Positions 28,287 to 38,863 of a stretch of 64,000 nucleotides of DNA are shown here, one piece after another (position 1 is the first letter of the stretch; every line of letters starts with the position of its first letter). This stretch comes from Candidatus Cloacimonadales bacterium (GTDB taxonomy: Bacteria > Cloacimonadota > Cloacimonadia > Cloacimonadales > JAIOQZ01). The notes below the pieces were generated by a model. That model did not search any database. It saw only the letters and a list, made by a program, of their open reading frames with translations, and was not told where the DNA came from. Made by a program: the position numbers and the translations under genes. The stretch lies in NCBI GenBank assembly GCA_963662655.2, contig CAXXTU010000002.1:1088001-1152000 (forward strand), read 5' to 3'.

Positions 28287-29192
28287 ATGAAGCAACTGAA
28301 ACGACTCAGCGATATCGCTCAAGTCATCCGCGAACAAGGCAAAAAGAAGCTCGCGGTCGCCTACGCTCAGGATCCCAACACCATCGAATCCATCGATATG
28401 GCCGTCAAGGAAGGCATCGTGGATGCGTACATGATCGGGGACAAGGAGCGCATTATCGCCACAGCGAAAGAGAAGAGTATCGATCCCGAATCTTTCAACA
28501 TCGTTCATGTCCCGGACGAGCTGGAATCCGCCAGAGAAGCCGTGCGCATGGTTCGCAGCGGCGAAGCGGACGTCCTCATGAAAGGGCTTGTATCAACCGA
28601 TAAATATCTCAAATCGATCCTGGACAAGGAAAAGGGGCTCCTGCCTCCGGGCAACGTCCTCAGCCACGTATGCGTCGTGGACATTCCCAAGTATCACAAG
28701 CTGATCTTCCTCGCGGATACGGCTGTTATCCCCTTCCCGGACCTGAGCCAGAAAATTGCCATGCTGAACTACACCATCGCTACCGCGCACAAGTTCGGCG
28801 TGGAGATGCCCAAAGCCGCGCTTCTCACTGCGACCGAGAAGGTCAACAGCAAGTTCCAGGCGACGATCGACGCCAGCATCATCTGCAAGATGGCGGACCG
28901 CGGCCAGATCAAAGGCGCGATTGTCGACGGCCCGATGGACTTGTTCCTCGCGTGCGACCCGGCAAGCGTGGAGATCAAGGGAATCGAGTCGCCTGTCGCG
29001 GGTGACGCGGACATCCTCATCTTCCCCACCATCGAAGCGTCGAATCTGTTCTACAAAGGCGTGATGCTTTTCGCAGGCGGCGAGCTGGCGGGTCTCCTTC
29101 AGGGAACCACCCACCCGGTCATCGTCACCTCGCGCAGCGAAAGCACCATGTCCAAGTACTATTCCATCGCAGCAGGATGTCTCACAACATAG
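28287..29192 (+). CDS. ptb: Phosphate butyryl/acyltransferase
   Basis: ADVLMKGLVST, VDGPMDL, GDADILIFPTIEASN and PVIVTSRS motifs. Confidence 0.85.
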   Translation: MKQLKRLSDIAQVIREQGKKKLAVAYAQDPNTIESIDMAVKEGIVDAYMIGDKERIIATAKEKSIDPESFNIVHVPDELESAREAVRMVRSGEADVLMKGLVSTDKYLKSILDKEKGLLPPGNVLSHVCVVDIPKYHKLIFLADTAVIPFPDLSQKIAMLNYTIATAHKFGVEMPKAALLTATEKVNSKFQATIDASIICKMADRGQIKGAIVDGPMDLFLACDPASVEIKGIESPVAGDADILIFPTIEASNLFYKGVMLFAGGELAGLLQGTTHPVIVTSRSESTMSKYYSIAAGCLTT

Positions 29193-29209
29193 ATTCACAG
29201 GAGGGTGTT

Positions 29210-29653
29210 ATGAAAATCGCATTGGGAGCGGATCACGCAGGATTCGCCATGAAAGAAGCCATCAAGCAGGCGCTTGTGGAAGATGGCCGGCACGAAGTCA
29301 TCGATTTCGGCACGAACAGCGAGAAGTCCATCGACTATCCCGATTACGGATTCCAGGCTGCGACAGCGGTCGCGACAGGCGAATGCGAGCGGGGAATTCT
29401 CGTGTGCGGCTCCGGTATCGGCATGAGCATCGTCGCGAATAAGGTCAAAGGCGTGCGCGCGGCGCTGTGCCACATGAAGGACTTCGCCATTCTGTCACGC
29501 ATGCACAACAACGCCAACGTGCTGGTTCTTCCCGGGAGATTCATCTCGCATCACTACGCCAATGAAATCGTCGATGTATGGCTCTCCACGGAGTTCGAGG
29601 GCAACCGTCACCAGAACCGGCTGAACAAGATCACGGACTACGAGAAGCAATAA
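29210..29653 (+). CDS. rpiB: Ribose-5-phosphate isomerase B
   Basis: [23 protein letters not shown] and FEGNRHQNR motifs. Confidence 0.95.
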   Translation: MKIALGADHAGFAMKEAIKQALVEDGRHEVIDFGTNSEKSIDYPDYGFQAATAVATGECERGILVCGSGIGMSIVANKVKGVRAALCHMKDFAILSRMHNNANVLVLPGRFISHHYANEIVDVWLSTEFEGNRHQNRLNKITDYEKQ

Positions 29654-29715
29654 AGAAGTTTATCGTTGATAAAGAGATCAATAGTCAAAATAATACAATG
29701 AAAGAGGTACCCATT

Positions 29716-31026
29716 ATGATGCACATCAAAAAACAGGATCCCGAAGTATTCGAAGCCATGTTCGCCGAACTGAAACGTCAGTCGGAAAACCTGGAACTGA
29801 TCGCTTCCGAAAATTTCGTATCACCCGCGGTTCTCGAAGCTGCCGGCTCGGTTCTCACCAACAAATACGCCGAAGGCTATCCCTACCGCTGGAGCAAGAA
29901 GACCGACAAGATCAACTACAATCTCTACGGTCGCTACTACGGCGGCTGCGAGTACGTTGACGACGTCGAGGAACTCGCCATCGAACGCGCGAAAGAACTT
30001 TTCGGCGCGGAACACGCCAACGTTCAGCCACACTCCGGCTCACAAGCCAACATGGCTGCCTATTTCGCGCTGCTCAAACCGGGTGACACTATCCTCAGTC
30101 TCGAGCTCTCGCACGGCGGACACCTTACACACGGTCATCCACTCAGTTTCTCAGGCGCACTTTTCAATATCGTCCCCTACGGCGTGGACAAAGATACGGA
30201 GATGTTCGACTATGACGAAATCCGCCGCATCGCCCTCGAGGTGAAACCTCAGCTCATCCTCACCGGCGCGAGCGCATATCCCCGCACGATCGATTTCGAA
30301 GCCTTCCGCAAGATCGCGGACGAAGTCGGCGCTAAATTCATGGTCGATATGGCGCACATAGCGGGACTCGTTGCTGCGGGACTGCATCCGAATCCCGTTC
30401 CTTACGCAGATGTCGTTACGACCACCACCCACAAAACGCTGCGCGGACCACGCGCAGGCCTGATCCTCTGCAAGGACGAGTACGCCAAAGCGATTGACCA
30501 GTGGGTATTCCCGGGATGCCAGGGCGGACCGCTCATGCACATCATCGCAGCGAAAGCCGTCGCATTCAAGGAAGCGCTTCAGGACGATTTCAAGGACTAC
30601 CAGAAGCAGATCGTGGAAAACGCTCGCGCGCTGATGGTTGGGCTCCTTAAACGCGGCTTCCGCCTCGTCTCCGGCGGAACCGACAACCACCTCATGCTCA
30701 TCGACCTCGGCACGGAAGAGTCGGGCGGACCTTCGGGAAAGAAGATGGAAGGTGCGCTAGACAAAGCCGGTATCACCGCGAACAAGAACACCGTTCCATT
30801 CGATACCCGCACCCCGTTTGTCGCTTCGGGTATCCGCCTGGGAACCCCGGCAGTTACCACGAAGGGACTCAAGGAAGCCGATATGGATCAGGTGGCCGAA
30901 TATATCAAGATGGTTTACGATAACTACGATAATGACGAAAAACTTGAAGAAATTAAAACACAGGTTCGTGCATTCAGCGCTAAATTCCCTCTGTATGCTG
31001 ACCTTATTGCTGAATATCGGAAATAG
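29716..31026 (+). CDS. glyA: Serine hydroxymethyltransferase
   Basis: [30 protein letters not shown] and SGIRLGTPA motifs. Confidence 0.97.
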   Translation: MMHIKKQDPEVFEAMFAELKRQSENLELIASENFVSPAVLEAAGSVLTNKYAEGYPYRWSKKTDKINYNLYGRYYGGCEYVDDVEELAIERAKELFGAEHANVQPHSGSQANMAAYFALLKPGDTILSLELSHGGHLTHGHPLSFSGALFNIVPYGVDKDTEMFDYDEIRRIALEVKPQLILTGASAYPRTIDFEAFRKIADEVGAKFMVDMAHIAGLVAAGLHPNPVPYADVVTTTTHKTLRGPRAGLILCKDEYAKAIDQWVFPGCQGGPLMHIIAAKAVAFKEALQDDFKDYQKQIVENARALMVGLLKRGFRLVSGGTDNHLMLIDLGTEESGGPSGKKMEGALDKAGITANKNTVPFDTRTPFVASGIRLGTPAVTTKGLKEADMDQVAEYIKMVYDNYDNDEKLEEIKTQVRAFSAKFPLYADLIAEYRK

Positions 31027-31113
31027 TTGACCTCCGTCTGTTTACTCCGGGCTTATACGCGGTTAACAGGCAAAAGGTAAATCAGTTGTAAACAAAGCAG
31101 AAAAGGAGCTTTT

Positions 31114-34100
31114 ATGGAAAAGAGATTACTGCTGCTCTTTGCAGCCATTATGATTACATTGAGCTTGAGCGCTGATATAATGATCAACGAGATCATGTAC
31201 AACTCCACCAGCTACGATAATGAATGGATCGAGCTTTACAACAGTTCGAATTCCGCTGTCGACCTCGAAGGCTACACCCTTCTGGACGATGACGCAGAGC
31301 ATATTCCGCTGGAGATTCCAAGCGGATACTCGATCGCGGCGAACGGATACTTCACGATCGCCGTGAACCACGACGTTCAGGCAGACCCATTCCCCTTCAC
31401 GCCAGATTTCGACGCAACCGAAATCAACGAGTGGAACCTGGGAAATGGAACGGATACGATCAACCTGTTCGATCCGAGCGCGAACCTCATCGATACCGTT
31501 ACCTACGACGACGGCGATCCATGGCCAACTGCACCGGATGGCGATGGTCCGTCCCTTGAACTGATCAACCCCTCCATGGACAATTCCGTTGCATCGAGCT
31601 GGCAGGCCAGCTACGTTGACGGCGGCACTCCAGGAGCGCAGAACTCCCAGGCTGAAATGCCGATTCTCTCGCTGAATCCCACTTCGATCGATTTCGGTAT
31701 TGTTGTTTACGAAACCGAATATACCGAAGGCCTGACATTAACCAACGCCGGAACGCAAGACCTGATCCTTCAGACTGTCGAGTATCCTTCCGACGACTTC
31801 GACATGTTTGAACTCGATCGCGATCTCGAGCTTCCTCAGACGATCACTCCAGGCTCTCAGATCACTGTCGACGTATTCCTGAACGTTGCCGAAGCTACGC
31901 TGAGAGACATCATTTTCGAAGGTAACATCGTCTTCAGCGGAAACTTTGAAACGGTCAACCTTCCTGTTTCGTACACCATTGAAACGCCTTCGGTCGGTGT
32001 CGTCATCAACGAGATCATGTACAACTCCCTCAGCTACGACAACGAGTGGATTGAGCTGTACAACGACAACGATTCCGCCGTGGATATCTCCGGCTGGTAC
32101 ATGCTGGACGACAGCGACGAACATACGCCGCTTACCTTCCCGGCAAACACCACAATCGAAGCAAACGGATACTTCACCATCGCGATCTATCACGATCCTG
32201 AAGCCTCCGAATTCCCGTTCACTCCGGACTACGATGCAACCGAAACCAACGACTGGAACCTCAACAATGGAGCGGACAACGTCAGGCTCTTCAATCCCGA
32301 TGGAAACCTGGAAGATTACGTTCCTTACGAAGATACGAACGGCTGGCCTACATTGCCGGACGGTCAGGGACCTTCTCTTGAATTGATTTCACCCGACATG
32401 GACAATACCCTTGCCGAAAGCTGGCAGGCAAGCGCCGTCGAAGGCGGATCTCCCGGTGAACAAAACAGCGGCGGCGGCCAATTCATCGATGTTGCAACAA
32501 TCGCTGAACTCCGTGCGCAGGAAACTGGTTCCAATATCTACCGTCTTACCGGTGAAGCGATCATCACGTTCCAGCAGGACTGGCGTGGACAGAAATGGGT
32601 GCAGGATGAAACCGGCGGCGTTCTCATCGACGACGACCCGGGTAACATCACGACAGAATACAACGTTTACGACGGTATCACCAATATTACCGGGACCATC
32701 ACCGAATACGGCGGCCTGATCGAGTTCCAGCCAACGGAAGATCCGGGCGCTGCAACCTCGACGAACAACGTCATTACACCGGAAGTGGTAACACTTGCCC
32801 AACTCACCAGCAACTTCGACGATTACGAATCGGAACTGGTGCAGGTTATCGATATGCAGTTCGAGGATGAAGGCAACTTCGAGAACGGTGCAGTCTATGC
32901 CGTTACCGATGGAAGTGGAACCTACAATTTCCGTTCAACATTCTACGATGCCGATTACATCGGTTCGGCAATCCCGACCTCTGCCCTCAACGTGACGGGT
33001 ATCCCGAATTCACGTACCGACGGTGACTACTTCACCGCGCGTTACCTGAGCGACTTCGGTGCAACCGGACCGTCCCTCAACGTATCGCCGTCGTCGATCG
33101 ATTTCGGTGCCGTGATGCTCAACGAAACCGAGATGGATTCGTTCAACATGACCAACAACGGTACCGAGGATGTCTCCATCACTTCGATGACGACGCTGAG
33201 CGCAAACTTTGTGTTGTCAATCGACGAAGAGGGAAATCCTCCAAGCTTCCCGATCACCGTTCAGGTTGGAAGCACGCAGACGATGTATGTCTGGTTCACC
33301 CCTGAAGAGGTTACGGCCTACAACGACCAGATCACGATCGTCAGCAACGTTGATGACATCGTAGTGACGCTTACCGGGACCGGAAGCGCCGGCCTTGCGG
33401 ATATCGTGATCAACGAAATCATGTACAATCCGTCCGGCGAGCAGGGCGACGACGACTTCTACGAATTCCTCGAGCTCTACAACAACGAAGACTACGCGGT
33501 TGACCTATCCGGCTGGAATTTCCCGGCAGGAATCGAGTATACCTTTGAAAACGGCGTCACGCTCGAAGCTGGCGCCTACCTCGTACTTGCAAAGGATCCA
33601 ACCTCTATCGAGACATACTACAGCATTACCGGAGTCTTCGGACCATTTAGCGGTAATCTTGGTAACAGCGGTGAATTGGTTCAGCTTGCCGACGCCGATG
33701 GAACCGTTGCCGATTTCGTCGAGTATCTGGACGTAGCGCCTTGGCCTACCAGTCCTGACGGATACGGCCCATCCCTCGAGCTGAGCGAACCATCCGCGGA
33801 CAACAGCGTTGCCGAGAACTGGCACGGAAGCTCCGAGCTCGGTGGAACCCCGGGAGCAGAAAACAGCGACGGCGGGCAGATTATTCAGGTTGCGACGCTC
33901 GCAGAACTCCGTGAGCAGCCTACCGGCTCGAACATCTACACCATTACTGGTGAAGTATATTTCACCTTCATCCAGACCTACCGTAACCAGAAATACATCC
34001 AGGACGAAACCGCCGCGGTCATGATCGACGACGATCCTGGCATCATCACCACCGAATACGCGCTGTATGACGGTATCACAGGTCTTACCGGCACCATCAC

Positions 34101-34773
34101 CGAGTACGGCGGAATGCTCGAATTCCAGCCAATCGCCGACCCCGGCGCTGCGACTTCCTCAGGTAACGAGATTGAACCCGAAGTCGTTACGCTTGCTCAA
34201 TATAATGCCGATGTCGACGCGTACGAATGCGAATTGATTACCATCATGGACGTTTCCTTCGCAAATTCAGGCACGTTCGAGAACGGAACGGTGTATGAGA
34301 TTTCCGATCCGAGTCGCGCAACGGCAAACTTCCGCACCACATTCTATGATGTGGACTACATCGGATCCGAGATTCCACTTGAGACAAGAAACATATACGT
34401 TATCGCCAACGAGCGCTCCGAAGGAGCTTTCCTCACCTCTCGCTTGCTTGACGATCTCGATGTCCTTGGAAACAATGAAACCACGGTTCCCGCGAACCAG
34501 ACCATTCTGGTTGGCAACTACCCCAACCCGTTCAACCCGACAACCACCGTTCGTTTTGCCCTCAAGGAAAAAGCGAACGTGACCCTGAAGGTTTACAACA
34601 TCAAGGGACAGCTGGTGAAAACACTTACGAACGGCAAAATGGAAGCAGGCGTTCATGAAATCGTGTGGGATGGAAAAGACGACAACAACCACAGCGTTGG
34701 TTCAGGCGTCTACATGTTCCGCATGGTTACCCCGGACTACGAAAAAACCAACAAAGCTCTACTTCTGAAGTAA
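31114..34773 (+). CDS. Secreted protein with three lamin-tail domains, two OB-fold-like repeats, Ig-like domains and a FlgD-Ig C-terminal tail
   Basis: INEIMYN...EWIELYN...GPSLEL...GTPG occurs three times; IQDETAAV/VQDETGGV twice; NYPNPFNP tail. Confidence 0.85.
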   Translation: MEKRLLLLFAAIMITLSLSADIMINEIMYNSTSYDNEWIELYNSSNSAVDLEGYTLLDDDAEHIPLEIPSGYSIAANGYFTIAVNHDVQADPFPFTPDFDATEINEWNLGNGTDTINLFDPSANLIDTVTYDDGDPWPTAPDGDGPSLELINPSMDNSVASSWQASYVDGGTPGAQNSQAEMPILSLNPTSIDFGIVVYETEYTEGLTLTNAGTQDLILQTVEYPSDDFDMFELDRDLELPQTITPGSQITVDVFLNVAEATLRDIIFEGNIVFSGNFETVNLPVSYTIETPSVGVVINEIMYNSLSYDNEWIELYNDNDSAVDISGWYMLDDSDEHTPLTFPANTTIEANGYFTIAIYHDPEASEFPFTPDYDATETNDWNLNNGADNVRLFNPDGNLEDYVPYEDTNGWPTLPDGQGPSLELISPDMDNTLAESWQASAVEGGSPGEQNSGGGQFIDVATIAELRAQETGSNIYRLTGEAIITFQQDWRGQKWVQDETGGVLIDDDPGNITTEYNVYDGITNITGTITEYGGLIEFQPTEDPGAATSTNNVITPEVVTLAQLTSNFDDYESELVQVIDMQFEDEGNFENGAVYAVTDGSGTYNFRSTFYDADYIGSAIPTSALNVTGIPNSRTDGDYFTARYLSDFGATGPSLNVSPSSIDFGAVMLNETEMDSFNMTNNGTEDVSITSMTTLSANFVLSIDEEGNPPSFPITVQVGSTQTMYVWFTPEEVTAYNDQITIVSNVDDIVVTLTGTGSAGLADIVINEIMYNPSGEQGDDDFYEFLELYNNEDYAVDLSGWNFPAGIEYTFENGVTLEAGAYLVLAKDPTSIETYYSITGVFGPFSGNLGNSGELVQLADADGTVADFVEYLDVAPWPTSPDGYGPSLELSEPSADNSVAENWHGSSELGGTPGAENSDGGQIIQVATLAELREQPTGSNIYTITGEVYFTFIQTYRNQKYIQDETAAVMIDDDPGIITTEYALYDGITGLTGTITEYGGMLEFQPIADPGAATSSGNEIEPEVVTLAQYNADVDAYECELITIMDVSFANSGTFENGTVYEISDPSRATANFRTTFYDVDYIGSEIPLETRNIYVIANERSEGAFLTSRLLDDLDVLGNNETTVPANQTILVGNYPNPFNPTTTVRFALKEKANVTLKVYNIKGQLVKTLTNGKMEAGVHEIVWDGKDDNNHSVGSGVYMFRMVTPDYEKTNKALLLK

Positions 34774-34790
34774 GCTTGTAAACGATACTG

Positions 34791-34822
34791 AAACGCCCGT
34801 TGTAATGACGGGCGTTTTTTTT
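34791..34822 (+). terminator. Rho-independent terminator
   Basis: AAACGCCCGT/ACGGGCGTTT stem plus a T-tract. Confidence 0.85.
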
Positions 34823-34903
34823 ACTCGCTTTCCGGCAGCGCCATGCCTACCTGGTAACCACCGGCTGAACGAATCACCTAACTCGAGGCTGCCGGCAATC
34901 CAA

Positions 34904-35067
34904 CGCGGCGGGGCGGCGTTGTGCGCTCCGCGCACTAACAGGGCCTTCGGCTCTGTGGAATCACACAGAAAAGCCCGATACGTATTTACGCACATTCAAA
35001 GGTAGTTCCTTCGATTCTTTGTAGATATGTATCGGGCAGATGTGTGATTCAACGCCGCCCCGCCGCG
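34904..35067 (+). repeat. Multi-branched inverted-repeat structure (candidate ncRNA or miniature element)
   Basis: Perfect 18-bp terminal IR CGCGGCGGGGCGGCGTTG enclosing three further stems. Confidence 0.7.
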
Positions 35068-35092
35068 CGGTCAGCAACAACTCGCCGATTGC

Positions 35093-35518
35093 TCAGCGCA
35101 ACAGGTATCCGGCCACTTTCCATACGCCGCCGGAAAGCTGCATGGTAATCGTCTCCACGACCTCTTCGTTTCCCGATTCGCCTCTGAATTCGATAATACG
35201 ATAATCTCCTTCTGGAGCGGCCTCCAGAAACGACGTTAGTGTGACTTCCTTGAGCGTGCGATTCTCGATAGCCGGATTCGACTTTCTCAGGCTCTCCATG
35301 ATCATGATCCACTCGGTGCACGTAACCGCATTCTGAAGTAATTCAGACGCCTGTTCCCAACTCTCGGCAAAATCCGCGTTGTCTATTCGTAGAAGCCACT
35401 CTTGCGCGGCCATCACTTCCGGCAAATCGGACAGCGATTCCGAGCTTTCAGGATATTTTTCCTTGCAGCCGGATAGAAGGATTGTTGTCAGCAGCAGAAT
35501 AATCAAGAACCGTCTCAT
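35093..35518 (-). CDS. DUF4019-like lipoprotein
   Basis: Lipobox LSGC; AAQEWLLRID, APEGDY and VETIT...WKVAGY motifs. Confidence 0.8.
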   Translation of the reverse strand: MRRFLIILLLTTILLSGCKEKYPESSESLSDLPEVMAAQEWLLRIDNADFAESWEQASELLQNAVTCTEWIMIMESLRKSNPAIENRTLKEVTLTSFLEAAPEGDYRIIEFRGESGNEEVVETITMQLSGGVWKVAGYLLR

Positions 35519-36192
35519 ATCTTACCCAGCGCCTTTTCGAGCACCAACCTCTTCCGTTGGTTATGGCAGGTATCATTCCGGCTTCTTGCATACGCTCGTT
35601 CTATTGAACTTCCTGCGTAACGCAGCTCATCGATCGCCTGAGGAATTTCCATCTCGATCAGGCTCAGAATTGTATAGTAAAACGGGTAGCGTTTCCAGCG
35701 ACCTTTACCGTCACGTACCGCGGTGAGTTTCGACAAGCCATTGGCCAACCGCCTCTCCTGCTGATCGCCTCCCCCGGAAGCCAGATGTCGCCATAGCGAA
35801 ACCGAACAGATTCCACAGCACCAGCTTCCCCAGGGAGCTCCCGGCTTGTCATGCCCACTCAACATCCCGAGGAGGGTCTCTCGAACCGCCTTATGTATGC
35901 CGAGCCGCTTCCCGGGATCAAGAAGCAGTAAAGCCCGACCGGCCTCTTCGCTCAAGATGTGCGCTGTTCCAGCACCAGAAGTAATCTTTTCGCCCGTAAA
36001 GACCATGAATCCCTGCTCAAAATCCCTTTGGGTTGGAGCGAACAATCCCCTATACGCTCGGGGCTTGTTAAAACGACTGCTAATCCATGTTATAGCCTCT
36101 TCTACATCTCCATCAGGTATCCTCTCGCCACTGAAGAATACCTCATTAACACGGTCGATCGTCACTCCAAGGCTATCTCGATCTACTAACAT
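35515..36192 (-). CDS. Hypothetical protein with a CCxxC motif
   Basis: RBS GGAGGTG; ATGA overlap with the next gene; WCCGICS. Confidence 0.75.
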   Translation of the reverse strand: MLVDRDSLGVTIDRVNEVFFSGERIPDGDVEEAITWISSRFNKPRAYRGLFAPTQRDFEQGFMVFTGEKITSGAGTAHILSEEAGRALLLLDPGKRLGIHKAVRETLLGMLSGHDKPGAPWGSWCCGICSVSLWRHLASGGGDQQERRLANGLSKLTAVRDGKGRWKRYPFYYTILSLIEMEIPQAIDELRYAGSSIERAYARSRNDTCHNQRKRLVLEKALGKI

Positions 36193-36311
36193 AACACCTC
36201 CGATATGATGTAAATGATGCAGTTAGATTTTTCAGTCAAGCGTTTCGTACGGATTCATCCATATTTTTTATTGACACAGTAAACGCGCTTGAGAATGCTG
36301 TCATTCGTCGT

Positions 36312-36390
<79 letters not shown>

Positions 36391-36454
36391 TTTCAAGATG
36401 CCTCTGGATTTCCTTGACAGGAAATCTTCCATAAGGAATATGGAAAAACCTTGT

Positions 36455-36530
36455 GGGTGCTTAGCTCAGTTGGGAGAGCGCCTGCCTTACAAGCAGGTGG
36501 TCAGCGGTTCAAGTCCGTTAGCACCCACCA
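36455..36530 (+). tRNA. tRNA-Val(TAC)
   Basis: GGGTGCTTAGCTCAG...CCTGC-CTTACAA-GCAGG...GCACCCACCA. Confidence 0.96.
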
Positions 36531-36683
36531 TTTTTTTACCCAAACCCACAATATTATCCAATCTTAATATATTTGAGCAAACAAATGACATCCCCTGCTA
36601 CATCAATGGACTTGTTTACTAAATAGCCAAAATTGACCTGCACTGCACGCTGCAGCGGTTCATCGCTGGCGCTTCGTAATCTT

Positions 36684-37847
36684 CTATCTCACCGTTTTCC
36701 ACATGGGATTGGCTTTGCCTCGCAGATAGGAGACAAAAGCCATCAGGGAGGCGTAGAACATCGTAAAGAAGTACGCGGCAGGCTTGAAGATTTTCACGCC
36801 GTTTCCGCGATTCTCCAGATGGAACTCGAAACTGCCCGTGAGAAGAATGATGTCCAGCCCAACCGCAAACAACGAGTAGAACCACTGCCACAAGCTGGAG
36901 AATCCATTCATGAGCGAGGACACGAAGACAACGTTAAGGGAAATCGTCATGCCGATGACGTATAAGAAAAAGAGCCAGCGAATAACCTTGTGCGAGATCA
37001 GAATCCAGGATACCGCCGGAAACTTGAAGGGGTTGAGCAAGGATGGATGGCGGAAGAGCGATTTCCACTCTCTGGAGATGATACGGACTTTCCGGCTGAA
37101 CTCTTCCCGTGGCTTGGTAGTGGTTTTCTCCGTAACCCGGGCGCGATCGTTGAACTTACCGATATACCCGGCTTTAAGCGCCATCAGCGTTCGCTCGAAA
37201 TCGTCTATGGCGCTCACGGGCAACTGCTTGAAGAGGTTGCGGCGGATCATGAAGATCGAGCCATTGGCGCAGTTGATCGTGTACACTTTGCTGCTTATCT
37301 TCTTGAGGAACGATTCGTACTCCCAGTAAACGCCCTCGCCGGAATCGGCCTGGTTGTTCTTCTCGAGCGTGAGCTTACCGCCCACGACGCCGATGCGGTC
37401 GGAGGCAAGCATGGAAGAAAGGAGCTCTTTCATTGCCTGGGGATGGAAGATGGAATTGGCATCGGTGGAAACCACAAAATCGCATTTCAGCGTCGGTTCC
37501 ACGAGATTGTGCCCTGCAACCTTTCCCTGCCGGGGTTTCTGCACAACCAGACTCACATTGGTTCCCGTGTATCTCTCGACGATCTCGTTCGTCCCGTCGG
37601 TGGAGTCGTCGGAAATGACGATCATATCGATACGATCCTTCGGATAATCGAGTTCATGGAAGGACTTAATCTTGCGCTCGATAACGTCCGCTTCGTTGTA
37701 AGCGGGGCACAGCACCGTAATACGTGGATATTGAGTCACTTCCACCCGTTTCTCGCGTTTGCCTATCGAGAGGAGCGCAAGAATCATCGGGTAGCCGATC
37801 AAGTGATATACAAGGATCCCAAAGCTAATCCAGAAAAGCCAAATCAT
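36684..37847 (-). CDS. GT2 family glycosyltransferase (membrane-bound)
   Basis: PAYNEA, SDDSTDGT, STDAN and IDDF motifs; start ATG 37847 abuts the upstream stop. Confidence 0.9.
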   Translation of the reverse strand: MIWLFWISFGILVYHLIGYPMILALLSIGKREKRVEVTQYPRITVLCPAYNEADVIERKIKSFHELDYPKDRIDMIVISDDSTDGTNEIVERYTGTNVSLVVQKPRQGKVAGHNLVEPTLKCDFVVSTDANSIFHPQAMKELLSSMLASDRIGVVGGKLTLEKNNQADSGEGVYWEYESFLKKISSKVYTINCANGSIFMIRRNLFKQLPVSAIDDFERTLMALKAGYIGKFNDRARVTEKTTTKPREEFSRKVRIISREWKSLFRHPSLLNPFKFPAVSWILISHKVIRWLFFLYVIGMTISLNVVFVSSLMNGFSSLWQWFYSLFAVGLDIILLTGSFEFHLENRGNGVKIFKPAAYFFTMFYASLMAFVSYLRGKANPMWKTVR

Positions 37848-38863
37848 CAATTCAATTCCTTTATCTTTATATCTTCCAGCACAGCGTCCAGCACCATCTG
37901 AGGCTTCAGATGCAGCAAACACTCGCGATTGCACGTTCGTTCTTTCAGGCTCAAGCAAGGCTTGCAAGCCGGAGCAGGTTCAAGCTCAATAATTAATTTA
38001 TTCCCGGTGAAGGGACCGGTTACCCTCGCATTCGCAGGACCGAAGATCGTGTAGATTCTCGTTCCGAAGCAGCTCGCGATATGCCCCATGCCCGAGTCGG
38101 AATTCAGCAAGTACTGAGTCCGGGACAGAAGCGCTGCGACCTGGCTGAGCTTGATCCCGGATACGAGCGGGATGTCTGTCTCGCGGCAAATCCGCTTGCT
38201 GACGTCCATCTCATCCGGTCCGCTAATGACATAAGGTACATGTTCAGGCAATCTTTTTTTCATGATTTTCACAAATTCAACGAAATACTCGGCATGCCAT
38301 CGACGGAAATCGTTCTCCTTGTTGCTTCCGGCATGGATCGCGAACAGCGTCTTTCCCGTCCACCCATTGTCCTGGATCATGCGATCGGCAAACCCGTAAT
38401 CGCTTGGCTCGACCATGAAGAACGGCTTCCCCAGTTCGAGCTTGCCCAGCACCGATTCTGCCAGCTTCTGATTCCCGATGGTCCGGTGCTGTGCAGGATC
38501 GTACTGCACCTGATCCGTATAATTCTTCATTCTGCACTTGCGATACTCGCCCACTCGGCGTTTTGCTCCGACTAACCGGGAAAACAACGATCCCTTTTCG
38601 GGCGTCACTCCGGATGTCACGATCGAGATATCGTATTTTACGCTTCTGAGCTGAAGTGCCTTGAGCAACAAGCTGAACTTGCGGTTGGGGGCAGTGTGGA
38701 TCGTTCCGCACTCCGGGGCATTCTCCAACGGCAACATGGCCGCTTTCTGCGTTATCAGAAAATCCACCCACGCATCGGGATGCTTTGTCTTGATCGCCTT
38801 CAGCACGGGAGTGAACATGATCATGTCCCCCATGCCCCATGTGTGAATGACAAGGATTTTCAC
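37847..38863 (-). CDS. GT9 family (heptosyltransferase-like) glycosyltransferase
   Basis: KILVIHTWGMGDMI, NSDSGMGHIA and IFGP motifs. Confidence 0.9.
   Translation of the reverse strand: MKILVIHTWGMGDMIMFTPVLKAIKTKHPDAWVDFLITQKAAMLPLENAPECGTIHTAPNRKFSLLLKALQLRSVKYDISIVTSGVTPEKGSLFSRLVGAKRRVGEYRKCRMKNYTDQVQYDPAQHRTIGNQKLAESVLGKLELGKPFFMVEPSDYGFADRMIQDNGWTGKTLFAIHAGSNKENDFRRWHAEYFVEFVKIMKKRLPEHVPYVISGPDEMDVSKRICRETDIPLVSGIKLSQVAALLSRTQYLLNSDSGMGHIASCFGTRIYTIFGPANARVTGPFTGNKLIIELEPAPACKPCLSLKERTCNRECLLHLKPQMVLDAVLEDIKIKELN

Noticed and set aside
34898..35075. Integron attC site
   Set aside because: ATCCAAC fits RYYYAAC at one end, but there is no matching GTTRRRY at the other end and no integrase in the window
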